From Planctomycetota bacterium (lineage in GTDB: Bacteria > Planctomycetota > UBA1135 > UBA2386), in the NCBI GenBank assembly GCA_019636245.1, contig JAHBXX010000001.1, positions 73,859-137,858 on the forward strand: 64,000 nucleotides of DNA. Direction: 5' to 3'. The position numbers were made by a program, and so were the translations under genes. Positions within the stretch are counted from its first letter, which is position 1. Each line of letters starts with the position of its first letter. The notes under the pieces were generated by a model. The model saw only the letters and a list, made by a program, of their open reading frames with translations. It did no database searches and was not told the origin of the DNA. Below, in pieces: positions 28,524 to 37,868 of the stretch.

Positions 28524-30685
28524 GGTGGGTCCGTTCGGGCGGGCAGATCGCCGCCGGGGTCGGTGCCGGCGCGCGGCAGACGCAGGCGCAGCACGGTGCC
28601 GCCGCCCTCGCGGGCATGGGCCGTGACCGTGCCGCCGTGGGCTTCGGCGAAGTGCCGTACCAGGCTGAGGCCGAGGCCGGCGCCGCGCACCTCGCCGGCG
28701 TTGCTGGCGCGATGGAAGCTGTCGAACACGCGTTCGAGCTCGTCGGGCGGGATGCCGCGGCCGCGGTCGCGCACCTCGACGACCGCGTAGCCGGGCTCGG
28801 TGCGCAGTTCGAGCTCGACCTCGTGCTCGCTGTCGCCGTCGCGCGCGTACTTGGCCGCGTTCTCGAGCAGGTTGACGATCGCGCTCTCGCCGGCGTTGCG
28901 GTCGCAGTGCACGTGGATGCCGAGCGGCAGGGTGTCGACCAGGATCGCGCCGCGCGCCTCCAGGTGCGGCGTGTAGGCGTCGCACACCGTGCGCAGCAGC
29001 GCCCCGAGGTCGACGCGGGTCGGCTCGTAGGTCAGCGTCCCGGCCTGCTGGCGCGAGAAGTCGAGGATGCGCTGGATCAGCAGCGTCAGCCGCTCCGATT
29101 CGCGGGCGATGATGCCGCCGAACGACGCGGCCTGTTCCGGGTCGCGGGCCCGGCCCATGCCGAGGGTCTCGCCGTACATGCGGATCAGCGCCAGCGGCGT
29201 CTTCAGCTCGTGCGAGACGCGCGAGACGAGGTCGATCTTCAACGCCGCCAGCTCCGCCTCGCGCGACGCCGAGCGCCACAGCCACAGGCCGCCGCCGAAG
29301 GCCGCCGCGAACAGCGCCAGCATCAGGGCCGTGCGGTTCCGCGCCGCCGCGTCGGCCTCGGCGATGATGCGCTCGGCGTTGGCCGGGAACGCACGCAGCG
29401 TGAGGCCATGGCGTTCGCGGCCGGGCGGCACGAAATCGGCCGGCACGGCGGCCGGCGGCGGCAGCATCGGCGCTCCCGTCTCGTCGTGGATCGCCAGCGC
29501 GAACGTGGCGCCGTCGCCCGCGAGCGGCGCGATCGCCGGCGCCAGCAGCGTCTCCAGGTCGAGGTGCACGCCGACGCGGGTGCAGCGCAGGCGCTGGCGT
29601 TCGCCGGCCGTCGCCGGCCGCACGGCCAGCAGCGTGGTGCGGCCGGACAGAGTCGACACCAGCCGCTGCTCGTCGTCGCCGTCCGGGTCGGCCTCCTCCG
29701 GCGGGACGGCGCGCATGCGGCGCAGCCGCAGGCCGAACTTCAACACGAGGTCGTAGGCGCCGGCGAAGGCCCGCGACTGCGCCCGCTGGTGCTCCTCGGT
29801 CAGCAGCGTGTCGACCTCGGGGCGTTCGGCAGCCGCCTCGGCGATGCCGGCGGCGAGGCGCCGCGCGATCGCCGACAAGAGCCCGTCGGCGAGGAAGTCG
29901 CGCCGGCTCTCGGCGATCGCCCGCAGCAGCTTGATGCGCTCGGCGACCGAACCGAGTTCCGCCAGCGCGGCCTCGGCCAGCACGGCCACGGCCCAGGCGT
30001 CGGGGTCGAGCCGCCCCGGCCGGCTGCCGGGCGTGGCCGCGCGCACCACGGCCTCGAACTCCGTGCGCGCGGCGTCGCGGTCGCCGAGCCGCCGGTGCAC
30101 GGTGGCGAGGCGGAACCTGGCCATCAGTTCGGCCTCGTCGAGGTCGGGCCGGCGGCCGCCGCGCGCCTGGGGGGTGGCGGCCTCGAGCTGGGCCAGCAGG
30201 TGCTGCAGCATCGCCTTCGCCGCTTCGCCCTCGCCGTGCGCCAGCAACAGGTCGATGGCCTGCAGGGCCGCCGCCGCCGTGCCGTCGCCGCGCGGCCGCT
30301 CTTCGCGGGCGAACGGCAGGCCGAGGTTGCCCGGCGGTGGCGTCGGCCACACCAGCGCGAACTGCTCGTCGAGCAGCAGCAGGTCCAGCAGGCCCGCCTG
30401 CGGCATGGCCTGGCGCAGGCGCAGCGTCGCGCGCACCGGGCCGTGTTCGCCCAGTTCGGCCTCGGTCGCCGCCAGGAGCGCGGGCAGGCGCTGCTCGAAC
30501 TGCTGGTCGATCGCCTGCGCGGCGCGGTGCAGGAACTGGCGCGCCTCGCGCGCGAGCGCTGCCTGGGCCTCGGCGCCGCTGCGCTGCAGCTCGCTCCAGC
30601 CGAGCACGGCCAGCACCGCCAGCGGCACCAGGAACGTGCACAGCGCGAGCAGGTGGCGGTGGCTGATGCGCGACGGCGAGGTCAT
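28520..30685 (-). CDS. Sensor histidine kinase with a large periplasmic sensor domain
   Basis: Two TM segments flank a roughly 400-aa domain. H-box (SHELKTPL), N-box (LLENAAKYA), G-boxes (DRGRGI, GAGLGLS). ATGA overlap with the regulator. Confidence 0.9.
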   Translation of the reverse strand: MTSPSRISHRHLLALCTFLVPLAVLAVLGWSELQRSGAEAQAALAREARQFLHRAAQAIDQQFEQRLPALLAATEAELGEHGPVRATLRLRQAMPQAGLLDLLLLDEQFALVWPTPPPGNLGLPFAREERPRGDGTAAAALQAIDLLLAHGEGEAAKAMLQHLLAQLEAATPQARGGRRPDLDEAELMARFRLATVHRRLGDRDAARTEFEAVVRAATPGSRPGRLDPDAWAVAVLAEAALAELGSVAERIKLLRAIAESRRDFLADGLLSAIARRLAAGIAEAAAERPEVDTLLTEEHQRAQSRAFAGAYDLVLKFGLRLRRMRAVPPEEADPDGDDEQRLVSTLSGRTTLLAVRPATAGERQRLRCTRVGVHLDLETLLAPAIAPLAGDGATFALAIHDETGAPMLPPPAAVPADFVPPGRERHGLTLRAFPANAERIIAEADAAARNRTALMLALFAAAFGGGLWLWRSASREAELAALKIDLVSRVSHELKTPLALIRMYGETLGMGRARDPEQAASFGGIIARESERLTLLIQRILDFSRQQAGTLTYEPTRVDLGALLRTVCDAYTPHLEARGAILVDTLPLGIHVHCDRNAGESAIVNLLENAAKYARDGDSEHEVELELRTEPGYAVVEVRDRGRGIPPDELERVFDSFHRASNAGEVRGAGLGLSLVRHFAEAHGGTVTAHAREGGGTVLRLRLPRAGTDPGGDLPARTDPP

Positions 30686-30840
30686 GGGGGCCGCGGGGCT
30701 GTCCGCAGGCCCGCACAGTAGCCGGGCCGCCAGCCGGCCGACAGCCGGGCGCGCCGCCCATGCCCGTACGGGCCGCGGGCCGCGCCCGGCGCGGCCCGCC
30801 CCTTCGGCGCGCGGCCGTCACGGCCGCGTGCCCTCGCCGC

Positions 30841-32307
30841 TCACTGCACGACGAACGAGAACGTGTCGGTCAGCGTCAGGTCCAGCAGGTCCGGGCACGG
30901 TCCGCCCGGCGGCGTGAACAGGTCGATGCCCTGCATGAACACCGGCAGGCCGAGCGTCGCCCACGACGGCAGGATGTTCAGCGTGAAGGTGTTGCCGGAG
31001 ACCAGCAGCACCGGGCTCGGGCTGGTGCCGAGCGTGCAGGCGCAGTTCGCGAACACGAAGCCCAGCGGGAAGCCGGTGAACACCACGTCGAGCGCGATCA
31101 GCTGGGCGAAGCCCTGGGTGTCGACGACCTTGGTGAACACCTGGGTGCCGAGGTCGGCGTTGCCGGTGGCGACGAGGTTGGCCGGGCCGCAGGCCATCGG
31201 GATGCGCTGCAGGGTCGACGGCTTGGGCAGGAACCGGATGCCGCGGTAGGCGGTGTTGGCCGGGGCCGTGATCAGCGGCGTGGCGATCGAGGTGGGACCG
31301 GTGTCGACCACGGTGAGGATCTGCGTCGAGCTGCCCGAGCTGCCGGTCGCCCACAGCGTGGTGACGCCGTTCTGCGCGTAGCCGGTGACGGCGCGGCAGA
31401 GCACCGGCGTGGCCAGCGTGTAGGCGAGGCTCCACGTGCCGCCGGACTGCACCCACTTCTGGATGCCGGCGGGGCTGCCGACCTGGTTCTGGTCGTTGGC
31501 GACGTAGAGCGTGTCGGGGTCGGCCCAGAACATGTCGTAGTTCGACGGGCCGGTGAGGGTGGGGAAGCCGTTCAGCAGCGACACAGCGGCCGGGCCGGTC
31601 GGCAGACCGCCGAGGCCGACCTTCGCCACGCCCTGCACGCTGCCGGAGGACTGGGTCACGTAGAGGTCGCCATGGAAGATGGAGACGAAGCGCATGTTCC
31701 CGGCGGCGATCGAGGTCGACGTCAGGTCGCCGAGGTTGGCGACGAAGCGCACGCCGCCGCCGGCGGTGCTGAACACCGGGCTCGTGGTCCAGAAGCGGTT
31801 GCCGTCGTCGCTGACGACACCGCGGATGTTGGCGTTCGCCCCGGCCGCCAGCGAGCCGTAGGCGTCGGTCAACGCGGTGCTGGTGTCGATCGTGCCCGTC
31901 AGGATGTCGAAGCGGCCGATCACGCGCGCCGTCGGCGGGTTGGCGGTCTGCGGGACGGCCAGCGTGCCGGGCGCGGCGTCGTAGCCGCCCCACGTCAGGT
32001 AGAGGCCGTTGGCCGACAGGTTGAGCTGGCCTTCACTGTTGGCCGTGCCCGAGTTCGTGCAGGCGAACTGCAGGCCGGCGGGCGCCGTCGGCACCGCAAC
32101 CGTCTGCACCGGCGTGGTGAAGGAGCCGGTCGGATCCCATTCCTCGAGGAACGCGGGCGTCGCCGCCGACGACAACGCGGCAGCGCCGTCGCCGACACGC
32201 AGCACGACGAGGTTGCCGATCTGCATCGGCGCCTGGGCCAGGGCCGTGGAGACGAGGATCGCCGGAGCGGCGAGGAGCAGGAGGCGGGAGGAAGACAGTG
32301 GATTCAT
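30841..32307 (-). CDS. Secreted protein of unknown function (beta-rich, Gly/Thr/Ser-rich; Cys-containing C-terminal module)
   Basis: ATG 32307. The signal peptide ends ...VSTALA|QAPM. Non-shadow composition (NLVVLRVGDG...SEGQLNLSANGLYLTWGGY...). Confidence 0.75.
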   Translation of the reverse strand: MNPLSSSRLLLLAAPAILVSTALAQAPMQIGNLVVLRVGDGAAALSSAATPAFLEEWDPTGSFTTPVQTVAVPTAPAGLQFACTNSGTANSEGQLNLSANGLYLTWGGYDAAPGTLAVPQTANPPTARVIGRFDILTGTIDTSTALTDAYGSLAAGANANIRGVVSDDGNRFWTTSPVFSTAGGGVRFVANLGDLTSTSIAAGNMRFVSIFHGDLYVTQSSGSVQGVAKVGLGGLPTGPAAVSLLNGFPTLTGPSNYDMFWADPDTLYVANDQNQVGSPAGIQKWVQSGGTWSLAYTLATPVLCRAVTGYAQNGVTTLWATGSSGSSTQILTVVDTGPTSIATPLITAPANTAYRGIRFLPKPSTLQRIPMACGPANLVATGNADLGTQVFTKVVDTQGFAQLIALDVVFTGFPLGFVFANCACTLGTSPSPVLLVSGNTFTLNILPSWATLGLPVFMQGIDLFTPPGGPCPDLLDLTLTDTFSFVVQ

Positions 32308-32513
32308 GGTGGGCACGCGGGGAAGGGAGCATGCAACCCGATCGGGTGCGCGGAGTCGACCACTCCGGCCGGGAGCGCGCCGGATCCGGTGCGTTGCGCC
32401 GCACCGACATCGAGCGCCCCAGGATCATGCAAGCCCGCATGCAGCGAGGAGGAGGCTGCCGTGAAGGCTCGGCGAATTCGGTCCGCCGTTCGCCCGCGCG
32501 GCGGGGCCCGCGC

Positions 32514-34574
32514 TCACGGGCCTGCGCGCTGCAGCACGACGCCCTGCAGCCGCGCCGGCCGCGGAGTGCCCGGTGCCACCGTGAGCTCGAGGGGCACCTC
32601 CTGGTCGCGGTCGAACGTGACGAGCCCACCCGCGGCCGGCGCCTCGCCGGCGACGCGGACCTGCACGCCGGCTGCCGCCGGCACCGTGGCCAGGCGCCAG
32701 GTGCCGCGCGGCACCGGCCACGCGAAGGCGGCGCCGCCCTGGTGGAGTTCGAGTTCGACCCCGCCGGAGGCCTGCGGCACCACCGTGGCGGCGCGGGCGG
32801 CATGCCAGGCCCCGACCGTGCGCAGGCCGTCGGCGATCGCCGCCGCGGCGGGATCGTCGGGCGGCGGCGGCAGGCGCCGCCGCAGCAACGGCCCGGGGTA
32901 GCGCAGCGAGCCGAACCAGAGCGCCGGGATCTCGATGCGGTCGGGTGCGGCGACGGGGCCGAAGCGGCCGCGCACGTGCACCCACAGCGGCGCCACGATC
33001 GCCTCGACGCGGTCGCTGCCCGGCGGGATCGGCGCCGTGCCGGCGGCGAAGTGCACGCAGCGGTAGCCGTCGAGGAAGCGTGGGTCGTCCTCGAACTCGA
33101 GCGCGCTGACGAACACCGGCACCGGCAGACCCGGCGGCGGCCCGAACAGCATCAGGTCGGGGGCGCGCGCCATCGCGTAGGCGCCGTTGCCGCGCAGGTG
33201 CCCCGGCGGCAAGGGCACGTCGCCGCGCGCCTTCACCTGGTGCAGCCAGTCGCGGTAGGGCGTGGTCGCGATCGTGCGGTCGCACAGCCCGAGCAGGTCG
33301 AGCGCCGGCAGGCGGGAATAGAACGGCACCGCGCCGGCGGCGTCGACGGCGAGCAGCGGCCGGGCGTCGGCGAAGGCGGTGGCGAGCGCCTCGCCGACCG
33401 CCTTGCCGCGCCACTCCCAGACCTCGGCGCGCAGTTCGTGGCTCTGGGCGTCGCTGCGGGCCACGAGCGCGCCCCAGAGCGCCGCGCCGCCGCCGAGCAG
33501 CACCGCCAGCAGCGTTCGCGACCATGCCGTACCGGCGACCGCGCGCAGGCCCGCGGCCGCGAGCAACCCGAGCGGCGCCAGCGCGCCGTGCAGCAGGCGA
33601 CGGCCGGGGAAGTGGTCGCCGCCGATGGCCATCAGGTAGGCGGCCCACAGCGCCAGCGGCACCAGCAGCACGGCGCCGAGGAGCCGCGTGCGCCGCGCGG
33701 CCAGCAGCACGAGGCCGCCGCCGAGCGCCGGCCAGGCGAGTCCGGGCAGCGCCGTCCATGCCCCGAGCACGTAGTCGACGCCGGCGCCGCCGTGCCCGGG
33801 ATCGAACTCGGCCTTCACGTGCGCGGTGTTGGGCACCGTGTCGCCGTAGTAGGCGAGGCGGCAGGCGAGCTGCAGCAGCACGGCTGCGGCCGGCAGGGCC
33901 GCGAAGGCCGCCGCGCGCCGCAGCGCCAGCCCGAAGCCGCCGCCCCGCGCCGCGAGCCCGAGCCCGAGCGCGATGCCGGCGACCCACAGCGGGCTGTCCG
34001 GCCGCGTCCAGCACGCCAGCGCGAACGGCACGCCGGGGCCGAGCAGCGCGCGCGGGCCGGCGGCGGCGAGGTCGGGCGCACGGCCGAGCGCGCCGAAGCC
34101 CCACGCCAGCCACAGCAGCAGCATCGGCCCTTCGAGCCCGCCGAGCGTCCACGCCAGCACCGGCTGGCTGGTCGCGACCAGCAGCGGCGCCAACGCCGCG
34201 AGGCATGCGGTGCGGGCATCGTGCGGCCGCTGGGCGCGCGCCAGCAGCAGCAGCGCGCCGGCGGTGCAGGCGGCGCCCAGCAGGCGCGCGGCCGCGACGA
34301 GGTCGAGGCCGAGCGCGCCGAGCGCCGCGCTGGCCAGCACCCACGCCAGGTTGCTGTAGCCCTCGACGCGTTCGCCGTCGGTCCAGGTGAGGCCGTGCCC
34401 GTGCAGCAGGCGTTCGGCGTAGCGCAGCGACACGAAGGCGTCGTCGGAGACGAACGGCCACGGCCACGCCGCCTGCACCGCGGCGACGGCGAGCGCCGGC
34501 AGCGCGGCGAACAGCCACCAACGCGCCGGCGGTGCCCACGCGGTCGCGGCGGCGGCGGTCGTTCGCGGCGGCAT
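32514..34574 (-). CDS. Polytopic membrane protein, GT-C-like glycosyltransferase (arabinofuranosyltransferase-like), tentative
   Basis: N-terminal motif DDAFVSLRYAERLLHGHGLTWTDGERVEGYSN, followed by about 10 TM helices and a soluble C-terminal domain of roughly 280 aa. Confidence 0.7.
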   Translation of the reverse strand: MPPRTTAAAATAWAPPARWWLFAALPALAVAAVQAAWPWPFVSDDAFVSLRYAERLLHGHGLTWTDGERVEGYSNLAWVLASAALGALGLDLVAAARLLGAACTAGALLLLARAQRPHDARTACLAALAPLLVATSQPVLAWTLGGLEGPMLLLWLAWGFGALGRAPDLAAAGPRALLGPGVPFALACWTRPDSPLWVAGIALGLGLAARGGGFGLALRRAAAFAALPAAAVLLQLACRLAYYGDTVPNTAHVKAEFDPGHGGAGVDYVLGAWTALPGLAWPALGGGLVLLAARRTRLLGAVLLVPLALWAAYLMAIGGDHFPGRRLLHGALAPLGLLAAAGLRAVAGTAWSRTLLAVLLGGGAALWGALVARSDAQSHELRAEVWEWRGKAVGEALATAFADARPLLAVDAAGAVPFYSRLPALDLLGLCDRTIATTPYRDWLHQVKARGDVPLPPGHLRGNGAYAMARAPDLMLFGPPPGLPVPVFVSALEFEDDPRFLDGYRCVHFAAGTAPIPPGSDRVEAIVAPLWVHVRGRFGPVAAPDRIEIPALWFGSLRYPGPLLRRRLPPPPDDPAAAAIADGLRTVGAWHAARAATVVPQASGGVELELHQGGAAFAWPVPRGTWRLATVPAAAGVQVRVAGEAPAAGGLVTFDRDQEVPLELTVAPGTPRPARLQGVVLQRAGP

Positions 34575-34584
34575 CGTCGCGATG

Positions 34585-36054
34585 CTAGCCGACCGGCGCC
34601 GGGCGGCACCACCGGCGCGCCACGGCCCCGCAGGCGAGCGTCGCCAGCGCGCCGACCGCGCCGAACCAGAGGCCGGCGACGCGGTCGGCGGCCGCGAACC
34701 AGAGACCGGCCGTGCCCAGCGCGCCGCCGACCAGCGCGGTCACGGCCGCGGCCGGCGGCGTCGGGCCCGGCAGCCGCGCCAGCGCGAACAGTCCGAGCAG
34801 GATCCCGGTCGTGAACGAGGCGATCGCCAGCACCCGGTCGACGACGCTGCCGCCGCCGAGGCCGCTGAGGCCGACCGCGATCTGCAGCGCGCCGAACAGC
34901 AGGGTCGCGGCGCGCGCCATCGGCAGCGCGCGGGCGTCGGCGGCGGTGCGGCGCTGCAGCGGCAACAGCACGTCGTTGACCAGCGCCGACGCCGAGCTGT
35001 TCAGCGAGCCCGACAGCGTCGACATCGCCGCCGCGAACACGGCGCCCAGCGCCAGGCCGCGCACGCCGGTCGGCATGTGGTGCACGAGGTAGTCGACGAA
35101 CACCGCGTCGCCCTTGCCGAACGGCGCCGCCGGCGGCGTCTGCCGGTAGAAGGCCCACAGCAGCAGCCCGATGCCGAGGAAGAACGCGAACTGCAGCAGC
35201 ACGACGACGCCGCTGCTGACCAGCGCCCGCCGGGCGTCGCGCAGCGAGCGCGCGCACAGGTAGCGCTGCACGATCAGCTGGTCGACGCCGTGCGTGCCGA
35301 GCGACAGCGCCGCGCCGGCGATCAGGCCGGCCCACAGCGTGTGCGGATCGCGCAGCGTCGGCTCCAGCGACAGCACGCGCAGGTGCGCCGCGGCGGTGCC
35401 GTCGGCGACCAGGGCGGCGAGCGACGGGCCGGCGGCGAGCCACAGCGAGCCGGCCGCGAACGCCGCCCCGAGCATGTAGACGGCGAACTGCAGCACGTCG
35501 GTCCAGACCACGGCGCGCACGCCGCCGAAGAACGTGTAGACGAGCGTCGTGGCGCCGACGAGCAGCACGGCGGGGGCGGGCCCGAGGCCGGCCAGCTCCT
35601 GCAGCACCAGCGCCGTCAGGTAGAGCCGCAGCCCGTCGGCGAGCGTGCGCATGACCAGGAACACGCCGCTGGCGAGGCCGCGCAGCAGCGGGCCGAAGCG
35701 CACCTGCAGCACCTCGTAGGCGGTGAACAGTTCGCCGCGGAAGTAGAGCGGCAGGAGCCAGCGGGCGGCCAGCACGCGCCCCAGCACGAAGCCCACCGGC
35801 AGCTGCAGGAAGCGCAGGTCGCCGGGGCTGCCGGCGAGGCCGTCGCCGTGCACGAGTCCCGGCACGCTGAGGAACGTGATCGTGCTGGTCTCGGTGGCGA
35901 CGATCGACACCAGCAGCGCCCACCACGGCAGGTCGCGGCCGCCGAGCAGGTAGTCCTTCGCGGTGCGCTGGCCGCGGCCCAGCCACACGCCGAGCGCGAC
36001 CATGCCCACGAGGTAGGCGATCACGATCGCGAGGTCGAGCGGGCCGATGCGCAT
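34585..36054 (-). CDS. Sodium:solute symporter (SSS) family transporter
   Basis: ATG 36054. Typical SSS N-terminus (IVIAYLVGMVALGVWLGRGQRTAKDYLLGGRDLPWWALLVSIVATETS) and about 13 TM segments. Confidence 0.88.
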   Translation of the reverse strand: MRIGPLDLAIVIAYLVGMVALGVWLGRGQRTAKDYLLGGRDLPWWALLVSIVATETSTITFLSVPGLVHGDGLAGSPGDLRFLQLPVGFVLGRVLAARWLLPLYFRGELFTAYEVLQVRFGPLLRGLASGVFLVMRTLADGLRLYLTALVLQELAGLGPAPAVLLVGATTLVYTFFGGVRAVVWTDVLQFAVYMLGAAFAAGSLWLAAGPSLAALVADGTAAAHLRVLSLEPTLRDPHTLWAGLIAGAALSLGTHGVDQLIVQRYLCARSLRDARRALVSSGVVVLLQFAFFLGIGLLLWAFYRQTPPAAPFGKGDAVFVDYLVHHMPTGVRGLALGAVFAAAMSTLSGSLNSSASALVNDVLLPLQRRTAADARALPMARAATLLFGALQIAVGLSGLGGGSVVDRVLAIASFTTGILLGLFALARLPGPTPPAAAVTALVGGALGTAGLWFAAADRVAGLWFGAVGALATLACGAVARRWCRPAPVG

Positions 36055-36077
36055 GACGGGCGGCGGGCGGCGGCAGC

Positions 36078-36083
36078 TATACT
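36078..36083 (+). promoter_or_regulatory. TATACT -10-like hexamer in the 42-bp divergent intergenic region
   Basis: This is the only AT-rich hexamer between the SSS start (36054, minus) and the murQ start (36097, plus). ATGACG lies 19 nt upstream. The hexamer is only 13 nt from the murQ ATG, which implies a near-leaderless mRNA. Confidence 0.3.
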
Positions 36084-36096
36084 GACGCATCCGGCG

Positions 36097-37008
36097 ATGA
36101 CCAAACCCGATCTCACCTCGTTGACGACCGAAGCGCGGCACCCGCGCACCGAGGCGCTCGACGCGATGCCGACGCTCGAGCTGGTGACGGTCATGAACGA
36201 CGAGGACCGGACCGTCGCCGACGCCGTGCGGGCGGCGCTGCCGCGCATCGCCGAGGTGGTCGACGCGACCGCCGAACGCCTGCGCAAGGGCGGGCGGCTG
36301 GTCTATTGCGGCGCCGGCACCTCGGGCCGGCTCGGCGTGCTCGACGCGGCCGAGTGCCCGCCGACGTTCTCGGCAAAGCCGGACTGCGTGATCGGCCTGA
36401 TCGCCGGCGGGCCGGCCGCCTTCGAGCAGTCGATCGAGGGCGCGGAGGACAGCGAAGGGCAGGGCGCGGCCGACCTGCGGGCGCGCCACGTGGGCGCCAA
36501 GGACGTCGTGGTCGGCATCGCCGCCAGCGGCCGCACGCCGTACGTGCTCGGCGCGCTGCGCGAGGCCGCGGCGGCGGGCGCGCTGACGGCGGCGATCGTC
36601 TGCAATCCGGGCAGCCCGGTCGCCGCCGCGGCGACGCTGCCGATCGAACTCGCGACCGGCCCCGAGGTGCTGACCGGCAGCACGCGGCTGAAGGCCGGCA
36701 CGGCCACCAAGATGGTGCTGAACATGCTCAGCACCGGGGCGTTCGTGCGGCTCGGCAAGACCTACGGCAACCTGATGGTCGACCTGCAGGCGACCAACCG
36801 CAAGCTGGTGGCGCGCAGCGCTCGCATCGTCGCGCAGGCGACCGGCTGCGACCAGGCGACCGCCGAGCGGACCCTGGCGGCGTGCGACGGCGAGGCCAAG
36901 GTGGCGATCGTGGTGCTGGCGCACCGCGTCGACCCGCCGACCGCGCGCACGGTGCTGCTGACCCACGACGGCTGCGTGCGGCGCGCGCTCGAGGCGCTCG
37001 ACGCGTGA
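36097..37008 (+). CDS. murQ: N-acetylmuramic acid 6-phosphate etherase
   Basis: SIS-domain protein with MurQ pattern (TEARHPRTEALD..., GAGTSGRLGVLDAAECPPTF, TGSTRLKAGTATKMVLNMLST). Confidence 0.9.
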   Translation: MTKPDLTSLTTEARHPRTEALDAMPTLELVTVMNDEDRTVADAVRAALPRIAEVVDATAERLRKGGRLVYCGAGTSGRLGVLDAAECPPTFSAKPDCVIGLIAGGPAAFEQSIEGAEDSEGQGAADLRARHVGAKDVVVGIAASGRTPYVLGALREAAAAGALTAAIVCNPGSPVAAAATLPIELATGPEVLTGSTRLKAGTATKMVLNMLSTGAFVRLGKTYGNLMVDLQATNRKLVARSARIVAQATGCDQATAERTLAACDGEAKVAIVVLAHRVDPPTARTVLLTHDGCVRRALEALDA

Positions 37009-37106
37009 GCCGGCCGGGTGCGCCGGTCGCGTCGGCGCCGCCGCGACGGTAGGGTCCGCGGCATGGTGCTGCCCTCGCTGCCGTGGCTGCTGCTGGAGGC
37101 GCGTCC

Positions 37107-37868
37107 ATGAGTCCGGGTGCGCGTCCGCGGGTGCACGTGGTGGCGACGCCGACGGCCGCGCTGCCGCTCCTGTTCGAGGAGCTGCGGCGGGTGCTGGTCC
37201 CGGGCGGGCTGCCGCTGGTCGGCTTCGCCACCGGCGCCACCTACGCGCCATTCCTGGCCGGACTGGCGGAGCGGCTGCGGCGCGGCGAGCTGCCGGGCGG
37301 GTTCGCGGCGACGCACCTCGACGAGTACGTCGGCTACCCGCCGGACCGCCCCGGCGGCATGGTGCACGAACTGCTGACCGCGTGCCCGCCGCTGCGGGAG
37401 CGGCTGCAGCGCGGCGCGTTCCTGCCGGTGCCTTGCGCCGACGACCCGGAAGCGATCGCCGCCCACGCGGCGCGGCTCGAGCGCGCCGGCGGCATCGCGC
37501 TGCAGTTCGTCGGCATCGGCCGCAACGGCCACATCGGCTTCAACGAACCCGGCACGCCGTTCGAGGTCGGCTTCCACGTGGCGACGCTCGCCGCCGCGAC
37601 GCGCGACGACGCGCGCGCCCGGTTCGCGCCCGACGAGCCGCCGCTCCGCGCGGTGACCGCCGGGCCGGCGACGATCCTGGCGGCGCGGCGCGTCGTGCTG
37701 TGCGCGTTCGGCGCCGCCAAGGCGCCGGCGGTGGCCGCCGCGCTCGAAGGCGATCTCTCGCCCTTGTGCCCGGCGTCGGTGCTGCGGCGCCACCCGGACC
37801 GGGTGGTGGTGCTCGACGCCGCCGCGGCCGCGGCCCTCGCGGCGCCGCCGCGCGGGGAGGACGCGTGA
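37107..37868 (+). CDS. Glucosamine-6-phosphate deaminase/isomerase family protein (NagB-like)
   Basis: GGAGG lies 7 nt upstream of ATG 37107. Motifs GFATGATYAPF, THLDEYVG, GIGRNGHIGFNEPG. Confidence 0.8.
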   Translation: MSPGARPRVHVVATPTAALPLLFEELRRVLVPGGLPLVGFATGATYAPFLAGLAERLRRGELPGGFAATHLDEYVGYPPDRPGGMVHELLTACPPLRERLQRGAFLPVPCADDPEAIAAHAARLERAGGIALQFVGIGRNGHIGFNEPGTPFEVGFHVATLAAATRDDARARFAPDEPPLRAVTAGPATILAARRVVLCAFGAAKAPAVAAALEGDLSPLCPASVLRRHPDRVVVLDAAAAAALAAPPRGEDA

